Assembly: GCA_036172245.1 (NCBI GenBank)
Contig: JAYWIR010000005.1
Coordinates: 1,178,001 to 1,242,000 of the forward strand
From: Raillietiella orientalis
Lineage: Eukaryota
Length of the DNA: 64,000 nucleotides
Direction of reading: 5' to 3'
In this document: in pieces, positions 12,798-39,100 of the stretch
How positions within the stretch are numbered: the stretch's first letter is position 1
Layout: the number at the start of each line of letters is the position of its first letter
Notes under the pieces: model-generated
Databases searched by the model: none
The model's input: only the letters and a program-made list of their open reading frames with translations
What the model was told of the DNA's origin: nothing
Made by a program: the position numbers and the translations under genes

Positions 12798-15700
12798 TTC
12801 TCAGAAATCCCGTCTGTGCGACCAGCGTCGCCGTTGCTGTTGCCGTGCACCGTATTGGTGCGCTTTTTCTCCAAGCCGTGTACGCATTCCGTCCGTACCC
12901 CTAGTGCAATTTATGATTAAAATTAATTTCTGGACGTCGGTTACCCACGGATTAAACTATTTGATGAGTGAGTGCATTTATGGATCTTGATCTGATGACT
13001 GTTTTCTGCCGTACATCTGCCCACGTTCGCTGTATTGAAGGGGAACAGCCATTCTTCTATCTATCGTGCTTAAACCTTGCGAACCGATTTGTGTAGAACT
13101 ACTCAGAGTCAATGGCAGCGCTGTGACGCTCTTTGGCTCATGAACAACGCCAAAAGTACCGTATCTAATCTGGAGAACCAGCTCATTCATAGTTCCCTAG
13201 TAGCCCCTGGGGCCAACGGTTTTTCCAGCAACGAACCAGAAGGTTCCTCGCTTTCGTCGCCGCTGCGGTTCCGAACGGTTGCGTTCGCAGCTGCTGCCGC
13301 CGTCTGCAGAGAAGCCATTTCGTAAACAGTGCTGCCACGACGAAAAGTCACTGCCAAAAAAAAAAGAGAGAGACGACCGCGTCGGAAAACCTGCGAACCG
13401 CTGAGCTGCGGCGTGTCCAGGAAAGAGCTAGGAACAAGACAACAGCCACAACAGCGGAAAGGACCAACTTTGTCTTCGTCATCGAAAGTCCAGCACGCCC
13501 ATTCGGCGTTTCTCATTTGGTCTTCTCAGCCTAGCCAAGGAATTCCTAGTGACTGTGCACCAATGGATGGAGGCGAGCAACCGGTTTGCTAAACATTCGG
13601 TTGACTTCCTCACCGCTTTGACTTCGCACGGCTAAGAACGATCGCCTGCAGAGGCGGAATCGAAGAGCCATCACCAAATGCATGCTTTAGGGGAGGGAAG
13701 GGCTCTGCTTGCCTTCCTGAGAGATGGCGGTCTACGAAGTGTTCCCAGTGCTGAAGAGAGCTCGTGGAGCTGGTCCCTGCCCCCTTAATGCAGATGGACA
13801 TCAGGTGTGTTCCTCCGCATTTCCACAAGACGTTTTGAGACACCTCTGCTCTCCTTCTGTATGATATGGATGGCAGAAAAGCTAAAACCTCGGTCAACTG
13901 GCAAGAGTCAGATCTCGGAGAATGAGAAAAGGCTTTTGGGTGAGCAAAAGGGTGTCCAGCAAAAACGTTCGGATGACCGCCTCGACTTGGAAGGATTGGC
14001 TAGAGAGCACCGAAAAGCTGCGGTTCAAGCAAAGGTTGGGATTCTTAGCGTCCGCGGAAGCTTTGGTAGTTTGCAGGTGATTCAGTTGCAGGGTGGACAA
14101 GTTTGCCTCTAAGCACTACACCCGTAATCTGACCTGCTGTCCAGAGTCTTGGTTTGCCATCTTGTAAATGCATCCGATACTGCGGTATTCAGAAATGGGA
14201 CTGCCGACCTCTTGCGGTAAGAGACTCCCCACTCGCAAGACGAAATCTGGAACAAGGAACACAAAATTGCCGGTTGTTTCAAGAACACTTGTCTGTGCTT
14301 TGGGAAAGAAGTTTCTGGTAGCAAAAGTGCGCATGAAGGAAAAGCGTCCATCGGCGTCAACAAAAAGGTGTTAAGGATTTGGAAAAAGTTTATACGCAGG
14401 CGTCATTTCCGGTCATTGTGCCGTAGGGTGTTGCACAATTTGTCGGTTTAGTTCCTGGGACTTTTTTGGCTGGATCTCGATGCTGGATACCCTCGGTCAA
14501 CCTACTTATCAGGTGGAAGGTGCCCATTTGATACGCACTGATGGAGCAAGGAAATCGAAAGAGATCTGCGCAAGTCTCACTGAAGATCATCATTTTTTTG
14601 TTTGTCTGTTCTCATTTGCCTGAGACTACGATTCTTTCCTAAAGGACGGACTTTCGAGTCTCGGTTTCAAACTCCATCACGTGACATAAAGTTCAGCAAG
14701 ATTAAGATTGGTTGGTGTTCTTTTCAACAGGAACTTTGCCCTTAGCATAAAATTATATGCGAATTCTTTCTCTCTAGAGCTGGTACTTATACGAAGACAC
14801 AGACCATCTTATCGATAAGTGTGACCCGAGATCTGAAACGAAAGTCACCAATTTGGAATGCGCATCGGTTCTGCTCAGGTTTCCTCTGTTTGCCAAATTC
14901 TTGCAGACTTTGGAATCGCTTGAGAAGATTTTCTCCGTTTTTTCTTTTTTTTCGCGCTGGCAGGTGACAAAAAATACAAGGATTCTTGAGGATTTATTCA
15001 TGCGCGCTGTCTGCCCATACGTGAAACATATGAACTCCCATTTAATGGCCGTTTCAAAGGCCACTGTGCATTGCCCGTGGCCTACTTATACCGAAAACAT
15101 TGTGCACCCCCGTTGAGGTACATGCTTCAGATGTCGGCATAGCTACATTGCAGTTCGAGGCCATCTGCTTGTATGGTGTTGCTTTGTGCTCGTGGACCAC
15201 AGATCTGCATATTGATAAAACTGATGCGAGTGACTGATAAAAAACCAAAAAACAAAATGGAAGGTCGAGGGCTTCAAATTTTTCTTTAGTACGGAACCCA
15301 GTGAGAACTGCACGCTGTACAAAAGAAGGCAAGAACGCATGGAGATGCAACTAATGGAAGTGTACACTATTAGACTACCGCTTGCCCTAATTAATTACAA
15401 TGTTATACATAAAATAACCGCTATCGGGAAAAATTTGTTCGCGTTTGTTAGTAAAATTCGGAATGCAGAGGAGGAAGTGTGTGGTCCTGCTGTGACTACA
15501 GCTAGATTCAGCGACTTTACGTCGATTATTTGGAGTTGGAAGGAGAACGATCCACCTCCGAAAGCACTGGCTCGATGGAAACTTGGAATGATTTTTCGTG
15601 AAAAAACAAAAGAACAAAACAAAACACCTGTTTGGAACACTTCTTCGAATCGGGTGATTTTCTTGCCCACTTTCAAGGTGGCACGTTGAGACCAAACAGA

Positions 15701-18614
15701 TGTCTTTTAAGGAGCAGAACCCACGAAGCTAGGCAAGATGAGCGCGAGCTGAGGAAACAGGCCACGAAGGACGAGTCAGCGAACGAGGTAAAACATCCCC
15801 AGGTGATCGAGAGGAGATCGAACAAACGACCTCGTCTTGTTCTATTTCACTTCGACGTGGTTGCAGCGCTTCAAATGAAACCGATCAAATGAGAGAGATG
15901 AAACAAACGAGAAAATCCGACTTGACAAGATTACATACCTTCGTTTCTGCACTGCTCTCAGTTGTGCAGATAACTAAGAAGAAATTGAGAGCACATTTGA
16001 AATTTAAGAAAATATTCAAGAACCCAAAAGTGAACGCAATTTGGAAACTCCATAGCAACGTTCTAAAAGCATGCGGGGATGGAACTTCTCGTCTTTCCGA
16101 ATTCTCCGCTTTCGGTTGCGAGAGAAGTGCGTCAGGAAAGATTCAGCAGCGAGGGTCACAGAGAAAGTACTTCAGCCTGTGAATGGGACTTCTCTTCCTT
16201 GATCTCCACAGTGATGGGAATGACCAGGCAGATTGAAACGATACATGGAGTTCCATCTTTCCTTGATTCATGTATGCACAGTTTCTTTCTTGCTTTGAAG
16301 GGAAGAAGATGTCCCGTGCGGAGGGGCCTTTCGAATCCCTCTAAACTAGTCCCTTCGTGTGATTACCATTTCCTGGAACCTAATTCCACGTTCTCCAGAG
16401 GCTGACTTCATCTTTTTGTTAGCTCTGATGGAAACAAGTGATGTGAAATTTCTTACCTGATCTGGAATCTTCCCCTACCTCATTAATGTAAAGCAGAAAT
16501 CATCGCTTGAATCGACCAAGGCAGGAGTTATTTTTGCTCCCGTCCTAATTCAGACCGATCGTGAATGCACAGTGCGTACACTGATACAAACACACACTAA
16601 AGGAAAGCAACTGACTCTTCATGAAGCAAGTTGATATTGTTTCAAGGAGAATGCTGTCAGCTTCCCATTGTTCAGAGATTGGATGTTCTGGAAATGGGAA
16701 TTTTGCTCCTTTTCTTGGTCATAAAGTCAGTCGTGGAGTACCAAGAGCGAAAAATGGATTATTGATCAGCAAATTGATTAGATCACAGCCTACCGTTAAA
16801 TTCCAGGAGCATCCCTTTGCACATACGTTTAATCGCAGAAGCCTATTACGGAAACATCTGTCCAGATAAGATTCCACATGTTTGACTGAAAATAAAGTCT
16901 CGTTTATTCGCAACACTGCTATATCGGCAATCGTTTGTAGAGAGCAGTCCTTTTTCTATGTATTTTTCGGTCATGATTTCATGTTTTCTTTTGAACTTAG
17001 CATCACATTCTGACATATTAGACAAAATGCAATTTTTTATCTGTGGATTCTGCTTAATCAATGTTCATCCACTAAGGAATGGAGGAACTGTTTCCTCAGT
17101 TAGACAGATTAGTTCAACCAAATACATATCCCCTTTGAATCTTCAAGCTCTTATATATTCATAATTTTGTTCGTTTCTTTACATTGAGTGGGAGAGATTA
17201 AAACTTTGCAGGAGTTGAAATATAATTATGAATCATTGAATACTTCCAGTAAACGTGTGCCGTCACAGTCATTTTCATTCATATGGGACTCTATATTTGC
17301 TGTTCTGATGCCTTTAGCTACAGCATTTCGCTTATGTGCTGAATTATTTTCGAAGAGCGATATTTCCATATTCGTGACTAGAAGAATTATTTGTAGAGAT
17401 TTTTAAATGTCAAGAGCTTAAATCTATGATCTATTTAAAATGCTATTCCATATATTTTTTTAATATCTTGACCTGTGATGATTCTGAGATCTATTGAAGC
17501 ATTCTGTTTCAGCATAGATGTTGTCTAAAACAGCTTTCCTGTTGCATTTTCCCTTCCTCCACACTTTTGCTTGAGGAATTGTTCCCAGCGAGCACCGTTT
17601 AGAGATTCAGTTGGATGACCATGAATATAAAATGTGTAGTTTGAAAGTAAAATCTCGAGTAACAAATATGGAATTCAGAATCGAGTTTCCCTTCAGAGAC
17701 TGTACATTACATCAGTCACGCAGTAGAATAATTAAATAAAATATGTTGGGTATACTCTTTGTGAAATCATCCTACTCTTAAATAGTATTAGCGTGTTGGC
17801 AATTATTAATTTTCACGATTTTGCTTATTTAGTACTCTGAAACGCAGAATCACTCAAAGTAAACAATAATCGTTTATAAAAAGTATTTAGGAACTCTTAC
17901 AAGACTCATCCTATCTTCAAACCACGTTATAAACTATCTTTGAGAATGAAAACGTTCAACTTTTCATCTAACGACTTGTTTTGAAGGCTATTTTGATAAT
18001 TTTATAATTTTGATAATTAATAGCTTTAGCAACATATCCGGTGATCTGACTTGTCATGAATCCGATTTCTCAGCAAATCCGACTAAGCGATACCTTATGA
18101 GAATTGCAGTCATTTCTATGAAGAAATCTATTCCTCACACACAGCTGAAGAGAATCCTTTTCCATTCCATTGCAACGCACGGCTGCACGAAAGTAACGCT
18201 GAAATGGAAATTCTCATGGTGGCAGCAATGCTTGAGAGGTGGTTATCGAGAGAAAGAAACGGTGGTAATCGTGGAAAGGCTGTTAGATTCCGGAGTAAAA
18301 ACTGTTCTGGAAAGTAAACAAGTTCTGTGTTCAAACCAAAGACGTCGATAAACATGTTTCGTTCGTGTTCTTGTTTTTTCTTCCCAGACTTTATGGCTTG
18401 TCTTGAGTGTACGTGTATAGGCACTGTTTTACGTTTCAGCAGTTTGCATGCATATTCCTTTAGTGTTGGTTGCATGCTTATATGGTTCATTTTAGAGATT
18501 TCAAAATTCCGTAAATACTATTTGAAACTGAAACAAATATATATGCAACTCTTGCAGGATTCAAAAAAGAAAAAAGAGATTAAGCGAAGAAACGGATAAA
18601 AGCATTTGTTTCTA

Positions 18615-31562
<12,948 letters not shown>

Positions 31563-34499
31563 ACGAAAGACCCGGATCTCTCGAGTTTGGCCGAAGACAC
31601 CTCATTTGTAATTACCGTCGAAAACGTAATATACGTAACGCATGCAGTAAGACGTGTGCTCCAAGATGGCATTTTCAATTTTGATTTTCAATTGCGTTAC
31701 CCGTTGCACGATCTCCTAGAAAACCATCCCCCCGAAACGCGCAGTGCATCATCGATTTTCGATCGCGGTGGCCGTGCCTGCGGTCTGCTGCTCCACGTTC
31801 AGGGAGGGTGCCCCCTGCGCAGGGGACGTGGAGTGTCGGGCGAGGTCGGTTTTGTGTTGCTGCTGCTCCCGTGCTTCCAAGGGTGGGAAACGTTTCGACT
31901 TTGATGCCGAATTTGAGATTTCTGCAGGAGGGAAGGGAAGAGGGGAGGGGGGGGAGCCGTGCGAAGCCGGGGTGGACCAGAGTGGGTGCGAGGGATTCGC
32001 ATCAGGGCAGCTGACTCCTTCCGGCTTGGTCGTTCGGCAGAGTGGCAGTAGCTCCTTCGTGCGGACACTCGTGCACCCACGTAGTGTTGGCACCTTGACG
32101 TGGGCTTCCGAGGACGTGTTTTTCCCTGGTGGCGTTTCTTTCCTTTGGCAGGGAATTCTCAACAAGTTTTTTTTTTTTTTTGTTTCTTCCTTTCTTTCTT
32201 CCCTTTTCCCGCATCGTTTTTTCTTCTGCTTCCGAGCTGCATGTACTGACGCATTATGAGCGTCGCGGCGGTTTTGAAGAGTGCAGCGGCCGTTGGTCAG
32301 AGGGGGAGCTCTTTGGAAGACCTAGTTTCGCAAGAATGTGTATGTTTTTATACATACATATGTATGTACGAACGTCGAAAATTGATGCATGCAAAAATTT
32401 CGAAAGATTCATTTTCGAATTTCTGCCTTTTTATGTCCCGACTGCCTCGTTATTCGCACCTAGCAGTCACGAAGAGTTCCTCAGAGTCATCGGTGTGGTT
32501 GACCTTGTGCGTGTCTTGAAGCGTTGACGAGACGTCACTGCTCTGTTGCAAGAAAGGGAAAGGTTTATGAACAGCGGCACATTCTTCGTGATGCTTACTC
32601 TTCCTTTTTTTTTTTTTTTTTCGCACTTGTTCCCCCTATGGCACGGAGAGTTTCGACAATTTAGCGTTTGCGCTCGTGTTCCACGTGAGCCTTGGTTGCC
32701 ACGGGGAACCTCGCAAGTCACTGCCGATTTCGCTGCTTGGAAGGACAAGGCGGAGTCTCCGACGCCGCTGTCAGCATCTGCCGGCGAGCTCTCCCGTGTG
32801 GGAGTCCCGTGCAGCCCACCTTCCAGTTACGTTGCGTTTCTGGCTACCGTTTTGCGTTTTCTTTTCACAAGCAAAGGTCAGCTGACACCGCCGTCGACAG
32901 GATTGCCTTCTTCCGTCGCAGTAGGTTTTTACTTTCCGTTCCTCTGGTCTCCGTGCGGTGGACCACTTTTTTGCTTCCGCTCTTCAAACGGTCGCGTTTT
33001 GCGCGACAGACGAAGCAGCAGCAGGCACGCGCCGCTCCTGTCCATTTCCGATTGACAGGATGATTGGTGATGCGTTCACGATGTGTTTGTTGTTGGTGGT
33101 GGCAGTCCGTGTTGGAAGTGGAGCATCCGTGGTTCCGGTGAATCTAGGATAGGTGGAGAAAGGGGTTGTGAGTTTGCTTCCAAGGAAGTGCGGGCGAATA
33201 ACAGTGGACCGCGGAACGCGGGATGGGTGGGTCGAGGGGGATTGGGAGCACGGGAGAAAATATCGGAGGTCAGGGTGGCTGGTTAAGGAGTGGTGGTGGT
33301 GGAGGAGGGCTGATACGAGGATGTTGTGATTTTCGTTGATAATTTTGAAAAAAAAAAAAAAATTTTTTTTTTTTTGTGGTGGTAAGGGGTGGGATTGGCG
33401 TAGAGAGGAAACAGAGATTTTCGCTTTCCATCACAGAGAAGAAATGCATGGTGATCGTTAGAGTAATTGCTGGTTGCGTGTTGACTGGGGACTAATGGTG
33501 AAAGGTCGAAGAATTTTCATAATTATAGGATTGGAATTAATAAGGAGTTAGGATTGGAGTAAGGAATTGGTGATACGGTGGTTAGTAACATAGGAGCGTT
33601 CGTTGGTAAGGAGTGGGTGGTATGTTGGCATCGCTGACATGATCAGAAACGGCAACAAAATTCCCCAACATACGTACATCAGCCCCTCATATCGATACAG
33701 ATGGCACCATCGTGTCCCCCCCCCTCCATCCCTTCGCCGCATACATACGTACATTGCAGTTAAACTCATCACTGCCCTCGTCTCACCCCCCGCAGACAGC
33801 CATCCTGCCGACAGTCGTCAGTGGACAGTAAGTCCTTCCTTCCGAGAAGAACAAGGGCAGCACACATCCCACATCGATGATGCGAAGATTTCGGTAGCTC
33901 TCGTGGAAGTGGTCGAATTCGGAGGATGCGGTGTGCTGTGATTCTTTCGCCAGGAGGGGAGGACTGGGATGTGGCTAGAGGTGTGATTGGGAGGGCTCTG
34001 TGCCCGCAGCAGCTTGATTCCGTGGTGATTACGGGCTCACTCTCGGGATCGCCTTACGAGGGTGGTGTTCCCCGATGTGGCGGGGTGGGAATGCACAAGG
34101 AGTCCCGCCAAGCACAGTTTGGGGAAACATGTCATCTTGCCCGAGAAGGGGGGGGGGGGGGGGGGACGAACTGTACGTTTCGAAGCCGGAACGGGAAGTT
34201 CCAGAGACAAACCAGGAAATAGCCCAGCTCGGCTGGATTTCGGAAAGGCAGTGAAGCCGCGAATCCGGAAGTGGACGCAGGGTGCACGCGCTCAGTTGAG
34301 ATCTCGCGGCGCGGAAGTTTTCCACCCGGTCACACTGGGGCTCTTGTTCCATAGAAATAAACCACTTGGGGACACTGGTTCCCAGCCGGAGGCAAAAGAA
34401 GTTCAGAGGGGAGGCTCTGAGGGCAACACGCAGGTCGGGATACCCAAAAGTCTGCAACGGGAGAGGAGATGAGGGGCAACGAACAAAACGACATTGGGA

Positions 34500-35200
34500 G
34501 GATGGGCAAGGGCTCGCTCTGTATACATCAGGATCAATATATAACAACCGGGAAAGCTACGGAGCGAAAGGGAGTGGAGAATGAGAAAAAAACAAAAAAA
34601 AATAAAGGGAGACTGGGATCAGGGGTCACTCGTATCCTTCGTTCCTTCATTTCAAAACCGGCTCTGGATGCCGGCGATCTCCTCTTTCGCTTCCTCTTGC
34701 AGATGACAGCACCTTGGTGGTAGTGGTGAGCTCTCTTCGCTGCGTCTCGCCTCCGGCACACGGTGGACCCGTGACGACGGCACTGCGCGCCCGCTGAGAG
34801 TCCTCCCGGCGCGAAGAACTGTCTCAGCAGGTCGTGAATGGTGTCCTCCTTATGTAGGAGCGCTGACTCCAGCCTCCGCCACACTTCCCGGAGGGCATCG
34901 CAATCCAAAAGCAGATGCGGCGGGATCGACTCCGCCGAGTTGCACCTGGCACGGTTTGGGGATGCGACCTCCCGGCAACGAGTTGTGCCTTCCCTCATTG
35001 CACTGGAGTCCCCAGAGGAAGAGCAGCACGGCCTGCTTCCAGAAAAGCAGGAACGCAGAAGCGTCCAGGCATTGGGGGGAGACCACAAGATCCTCGGGAC
35101 AACACCCGAAAAGCTCGCTCCAGCGAAGGAGTCCCGTGGCCGCAGCACTCAGAGTGGCAGCACCCACCAGCTCGCTCAAAGGTTTGGTCACATCTGCAAT
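34500..35200 (-). mobile_element. Decayed Tx1/L1-like LINE 3' end (zf-RVT plus T-rich 3' UTR)
   Basis: The minus ORF reads RCNSAESIPPHLLLDCDALREVW (CxxC..E...HLLLDC...W pattern). It is followed on the - strand by a T-rich tract at 34580-34610, resembling the 3' UTRs at 42.5-44.2 kb. Confidence 0.6.
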
Positions 35201-35209
35201 GGTGCAGAA

Positions 35210-35620
35210 CTCCCCACCTCACCGGTTGGCTACTGTCGTCGCTTGCCCTCAGCGCAGACCGTGCTGAGGCAAGAGGTGTGGCGGCCAGGGTCCCCACCCG
35301 AGACGAAGTGCCAGCGCTGATTGCTCTGGGATCCCCGATGCAGAAACTGCAGCACCTCGTCTTTCCATTTAAGCGGGAACATCGACATGTCCCAGCGGGA
35401 TCACGAGTTCGGAGGGCGCACTCCACAGCTGGCTCCACCGACATAGCTCCTTCGCCATGGTACACAGGGTGGCGGCGTCCACCTCAACTCGTGCTTCTTC
35501 CAGCCTCCAGGGAGTTTCGTCTTGTCCGCAGGAAAACTCCGACCCCGCCGGTTGGCAGCTGTCGTCTGTTGCTCTGAGGACAGACAGCGCTCTGGCAAGG
35601 GGTGTGGTGGCCACGGTCGA
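35210..35620. repeat. Diverged direct repeat of about 80 nt, copies at ~35210-35292 and ~35537-35618
   Basis: ccggttggctactgtcgtc...ggcaagaggtgtggcggccagggtc aligns with ccggttggcagctgtcgtc...ggcaaggggtgtggtggccacggtc. Confidence 0.7.
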
Positions 35621-37149
35621 CCGCTTTGCCGTGTTCCGCATAACCACTTCCAAAGGTTGGGGTAGGAAGTGTGACCTAGGGGACAAGGTTCCTCCGGGCA
35701 CATTTCCTGGAATGTAGCCGGGGGCTTAAGAGCCCCCTGCCTCCAGGTATTGAAGTTCATTGGGCAGCAGGGTGGACTTCCGGTAGGGAGGCGAGCTGTC
35801 CCTCACGGGGAAACCAAAGGCCTGCATCGTGCAGCGGGTGTTGGGAGGCAACGAAAGTGGTCCTTCGTTGCCGGCTCATCGCCGAAGGATGAAGCGCGGC
35901 ATTCCACGGAAAGGATGGACGGACAGCAAAGAGCCAGCCGCCAGAGTCCACCCTCGCAAGGAAGGCATGTGACCCGGGGGAGTCCACGGGCGAAGGGAAT
36001 CGCTAGAGCAAACTGGGGAACGGAAAAGGAAGTGGATCTGTGGTTGGGACTCCCTGCCCTCAGGCGCGCGCACGCCATCGGCGCCGAGTCGGAAGAGGGG
36101 GGGGGACATTGAATCACCGGTCGGTCGAAAGGCAAAGAATCGCCTGCAGGTTCATCTCGGCAAGGCGGGAGCGTCGCTGCCGTTCCCCGGGTAGCAGGGG
36201 TTGCTGCGAGGGTCTACCGCAGCCCCCACTCGTTCGACCCCGCGACTTCCCTTTCTCGCGTCAGTGCGGCTACGCTTGCGACAGCAGCATCGCTCCTCTG
36301 CGCGTTGCTGGGACGAAGAAACGGTGCCGCTGGCATGGCAAAAAGCGGCTGGTGGTGTGCCCTCTCTCCTCATGGTCGTGCATCTCAAACAAACGAATCA
36401 AACCACGCGGTCATGGACCGAGTCCTAAGGGACCACCCTCGCAGAGTCAGAACTAGCGATGGGGGAGAAGGAAGGGACAATAAACAAATGCATGAATAAA
36501 CAGGGAATGGAATGGACTGGTCTGAGGGCGTTCTTCGTGATTTTCGCGGATCCGCGTCGGGGATAGAGGAAGGACTACGAGCGTTCCCTCACACGTCCCT
36601 TCTGGGATGCCGGGGCCATTGTTCGGGCCACGGAGGTCGCAAGCGGCTCCCCGACCTCCTCCCTTCTTCCCCGCCCCCCGGCCCATTCCAGAGGCCACCA
36701 CTTTCCACACGTGGCATAGAGTGGTCAGAGACAAGACTGGCTTCGGGCAAGACTGGAGACGCGCCCCTCTCCCTGAAGGGGTCCTCCGGGACGGCATCGC
36801 GGAACTGAAATGCCCCGGCTTATATGCGCTCCCCTTCTCTGACTCCAGCAGCCCATCGCATTCCAACGCTACGAGCGGAAGCAAAGCCATCCCGCTGTCT
36901 CCCATCGGGGGCATCGTCCCTCAGAAACCCTTCCCCTGCCTCGTTTCGGGGGAGCGCCCCGCGCACCAGCAAGACGGCGGTCCCCACTGGCACCGAAGAG
37001 CATGAGGGCGGAGGCACAGGATCCCGAATTTCTCCCTCCGGGGAATCCCCGGAAGCTCCGCCCCATCTTCGAGGGGCTTGGGGATGGGAACTCCGGAGCA
37101 GCCTCAGGCGAGAGCTTTTCCCTCTTGGTGACCCCGGGGATACGGCAGG

Positions 37150-39100
37150 TCGCCCTCCTTCCTCTCGATCCCGGCGATGACACAGCGGACGCACAGCGTC
37201 TTCGGAGGTAACACACATTGCTCAGTGGTCGCATGCAACCGTGCGTAGTCGACCACTGCGCGCTTGACGAGGATGAAGAGAAGTCTCCGCGAGGCCTGCC
37301 TTGCGGTCATGGCAACAGCGCTGCACTTCGCCTTACGAAACGAGCCTCGGAGATGAGACAGAACAGCCTCCCTGATGAGCATGCAAAGTGTCCCTAAGGC
37401 TCCTAAACAACCCCCCCCAGAAACAACAATCAAAGGTGGTGGTCAAGTGGAGGCATCCGCGAAGGCAATGGAGCGAGCGGGGTGCACAATTGAGAGGCAG
37501 CGGCGTTTCATCTTCCTTAGGTCTTTGTCGGAAAGCCCGCAGGCTGTTTCTTGACTCGTCTGGGGGGCCGTGCGCTTCAGCCCAGTCGTCCACGCGCCCC
37601 TCGACGCGACTCGAGATCGCTGCCTGACCCCCTGCAGCTGTGCCGGGCGCGTCCAGGTCGCCACCCTGTGCGTCCCGAGATTTGTGCGACGTTCCCCACC
37701 TCACCCCTTCCTGCGTTCCCGGGTGGGGAATTCACCGAGGGAGCGCCCGGCCACCATGACGACGGTTTCCCAACCATACATCGACGATAAACCACGTTGC
37801 CTCAGGAGCGACCGTCGTCTGGTTCCGTAGCGGAACCCTCTCTGCAGAGGCCACAGCTTCTGGGCAGATGGGAGTCATCTCAGTCAGGCAGTACGGGCGC
37901 GTCCTGCGCTGGCCGCAAACTCCATTACTTCCCGGAGTTCTGCACCAGAGATCAAACGAGCGACCGAGAGCGGCAGATGGCGCTCACGCGTCGGGTCTGC
38001 CCCACCCAACCGCCTGGGGCAGAGCAGCCAATCCTGTGTTCTGCCTCCAAGGAGCGGCACGCGTCTCGAACTCCACCGAGAGGAAAGGTCGCGAGGGTGA
38101 GCACAGAAAGGCTTGGATGCCTGAAAGCGCCGTCGGTGCAGATCTCGGTGCTGCCAGCGAGATCTTCGAGGTCCAATGTGGTCCACGCGAACCGCCCTTG
38201 AGTATGATCCAGACGGTCCCAAGTCCCCCGAACAAATCCTCTTTCGAAGCGCCCTTCTGCCCCTGCAGTCTCAGCGCAGCTGGAAGTGCCGCGAACCTCC
38301 CATGGCTGGAACTGGTTTGGGGAATCCCGCTAGAAGCGCGGAGGTCGTTCGGACGAGCGGAGAGGGGCCTTCAGAGAGTGGACAGCTGACTTGATAGCGA
38401 CGACAGATGCGTTCGGTAAGTGGCAGAAGGATTCAGAGAGTGGATAAGTGGCTCGAGATGAGTTTTGCAGAGGTGCGCAGGTCCATGTGGACCCGGAGCA
38501 GAATCCGAGCTTCTGATCCCCTCGCATCGTTGGGAGCGATCGCGGTGTACGAAACGAGTCCCTTGCTCGGGGTTAATGAGAAGCAGAGTGAGCGGGAGAC
38601 CTTAGAGTCCGATGCTTGTTGGAAGGAGCCGAAGTCCACAAAAGGGGGAAGGAGAGGGGAGCGCAAAGTGGTTTCCGCGTAGCCCGTGGCCGGGAAGAGC
38701 CACCGAAGGCATCATCAGATACAGCCTCCTCGTCCAGAAGCACCAGCTCTGGACATTTCTGTGAGCGCATGAGCAGGATGGACCGCGTGGGTTCCCCCCC
38801 TGCTCCCCGTCCGGATGCTACCAGAAACGCGATGCGGCCGGAGCTAGCAGGAGGAGCCGGAAGCGCAGGGACTCCTCCTGGCAGCGGGGGGTCATCAATG
38901 GCAGGACACGAGACCGACGATGGCGGAGACTTCGGTGCCAGCTGGCGGGGCCGCCGGCCTCCTGAGAGAGGCAGAGGTGGGCGACCTCAGCGTGGCGCAC
39001 AGGCCTCCGGAGCCCCTTGCCTCGTTCCGCGACCGGGGGAGAGGAGTCTGCGGGCCTCCCTCCCTTCTTTCCTCTCGATTCCCTTCTCGCCTCCTCCTTG
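37150..39100 (-). mobile_element. Heavily decayed Tx1/L1-like LINE ORF2 (reverse transcriptase region to C-terminus), frameshifted
   Basis: Remnant motifs occur in the expected order on the - strand: RSRVLPLMTPRCQ (~38900, cf. RLxxVLPxIIxxDQ), LVLLDEEA (~38735, cf. LDxEKAFD), HLEPLIHSL (38446-38457, cf. LEPL) and KEDETPLPLNC (~37500, eroded zinc finger). No intact YADD is visible. Confidence 0.5.

Noticed and set aside
37325..37390. CGAAAC (37336) and CTGATGAG (37372) as a hammerhead ribozyme core
   Set aside because: There is no GUH cleavage triplet and no stem I or III between the boxes.
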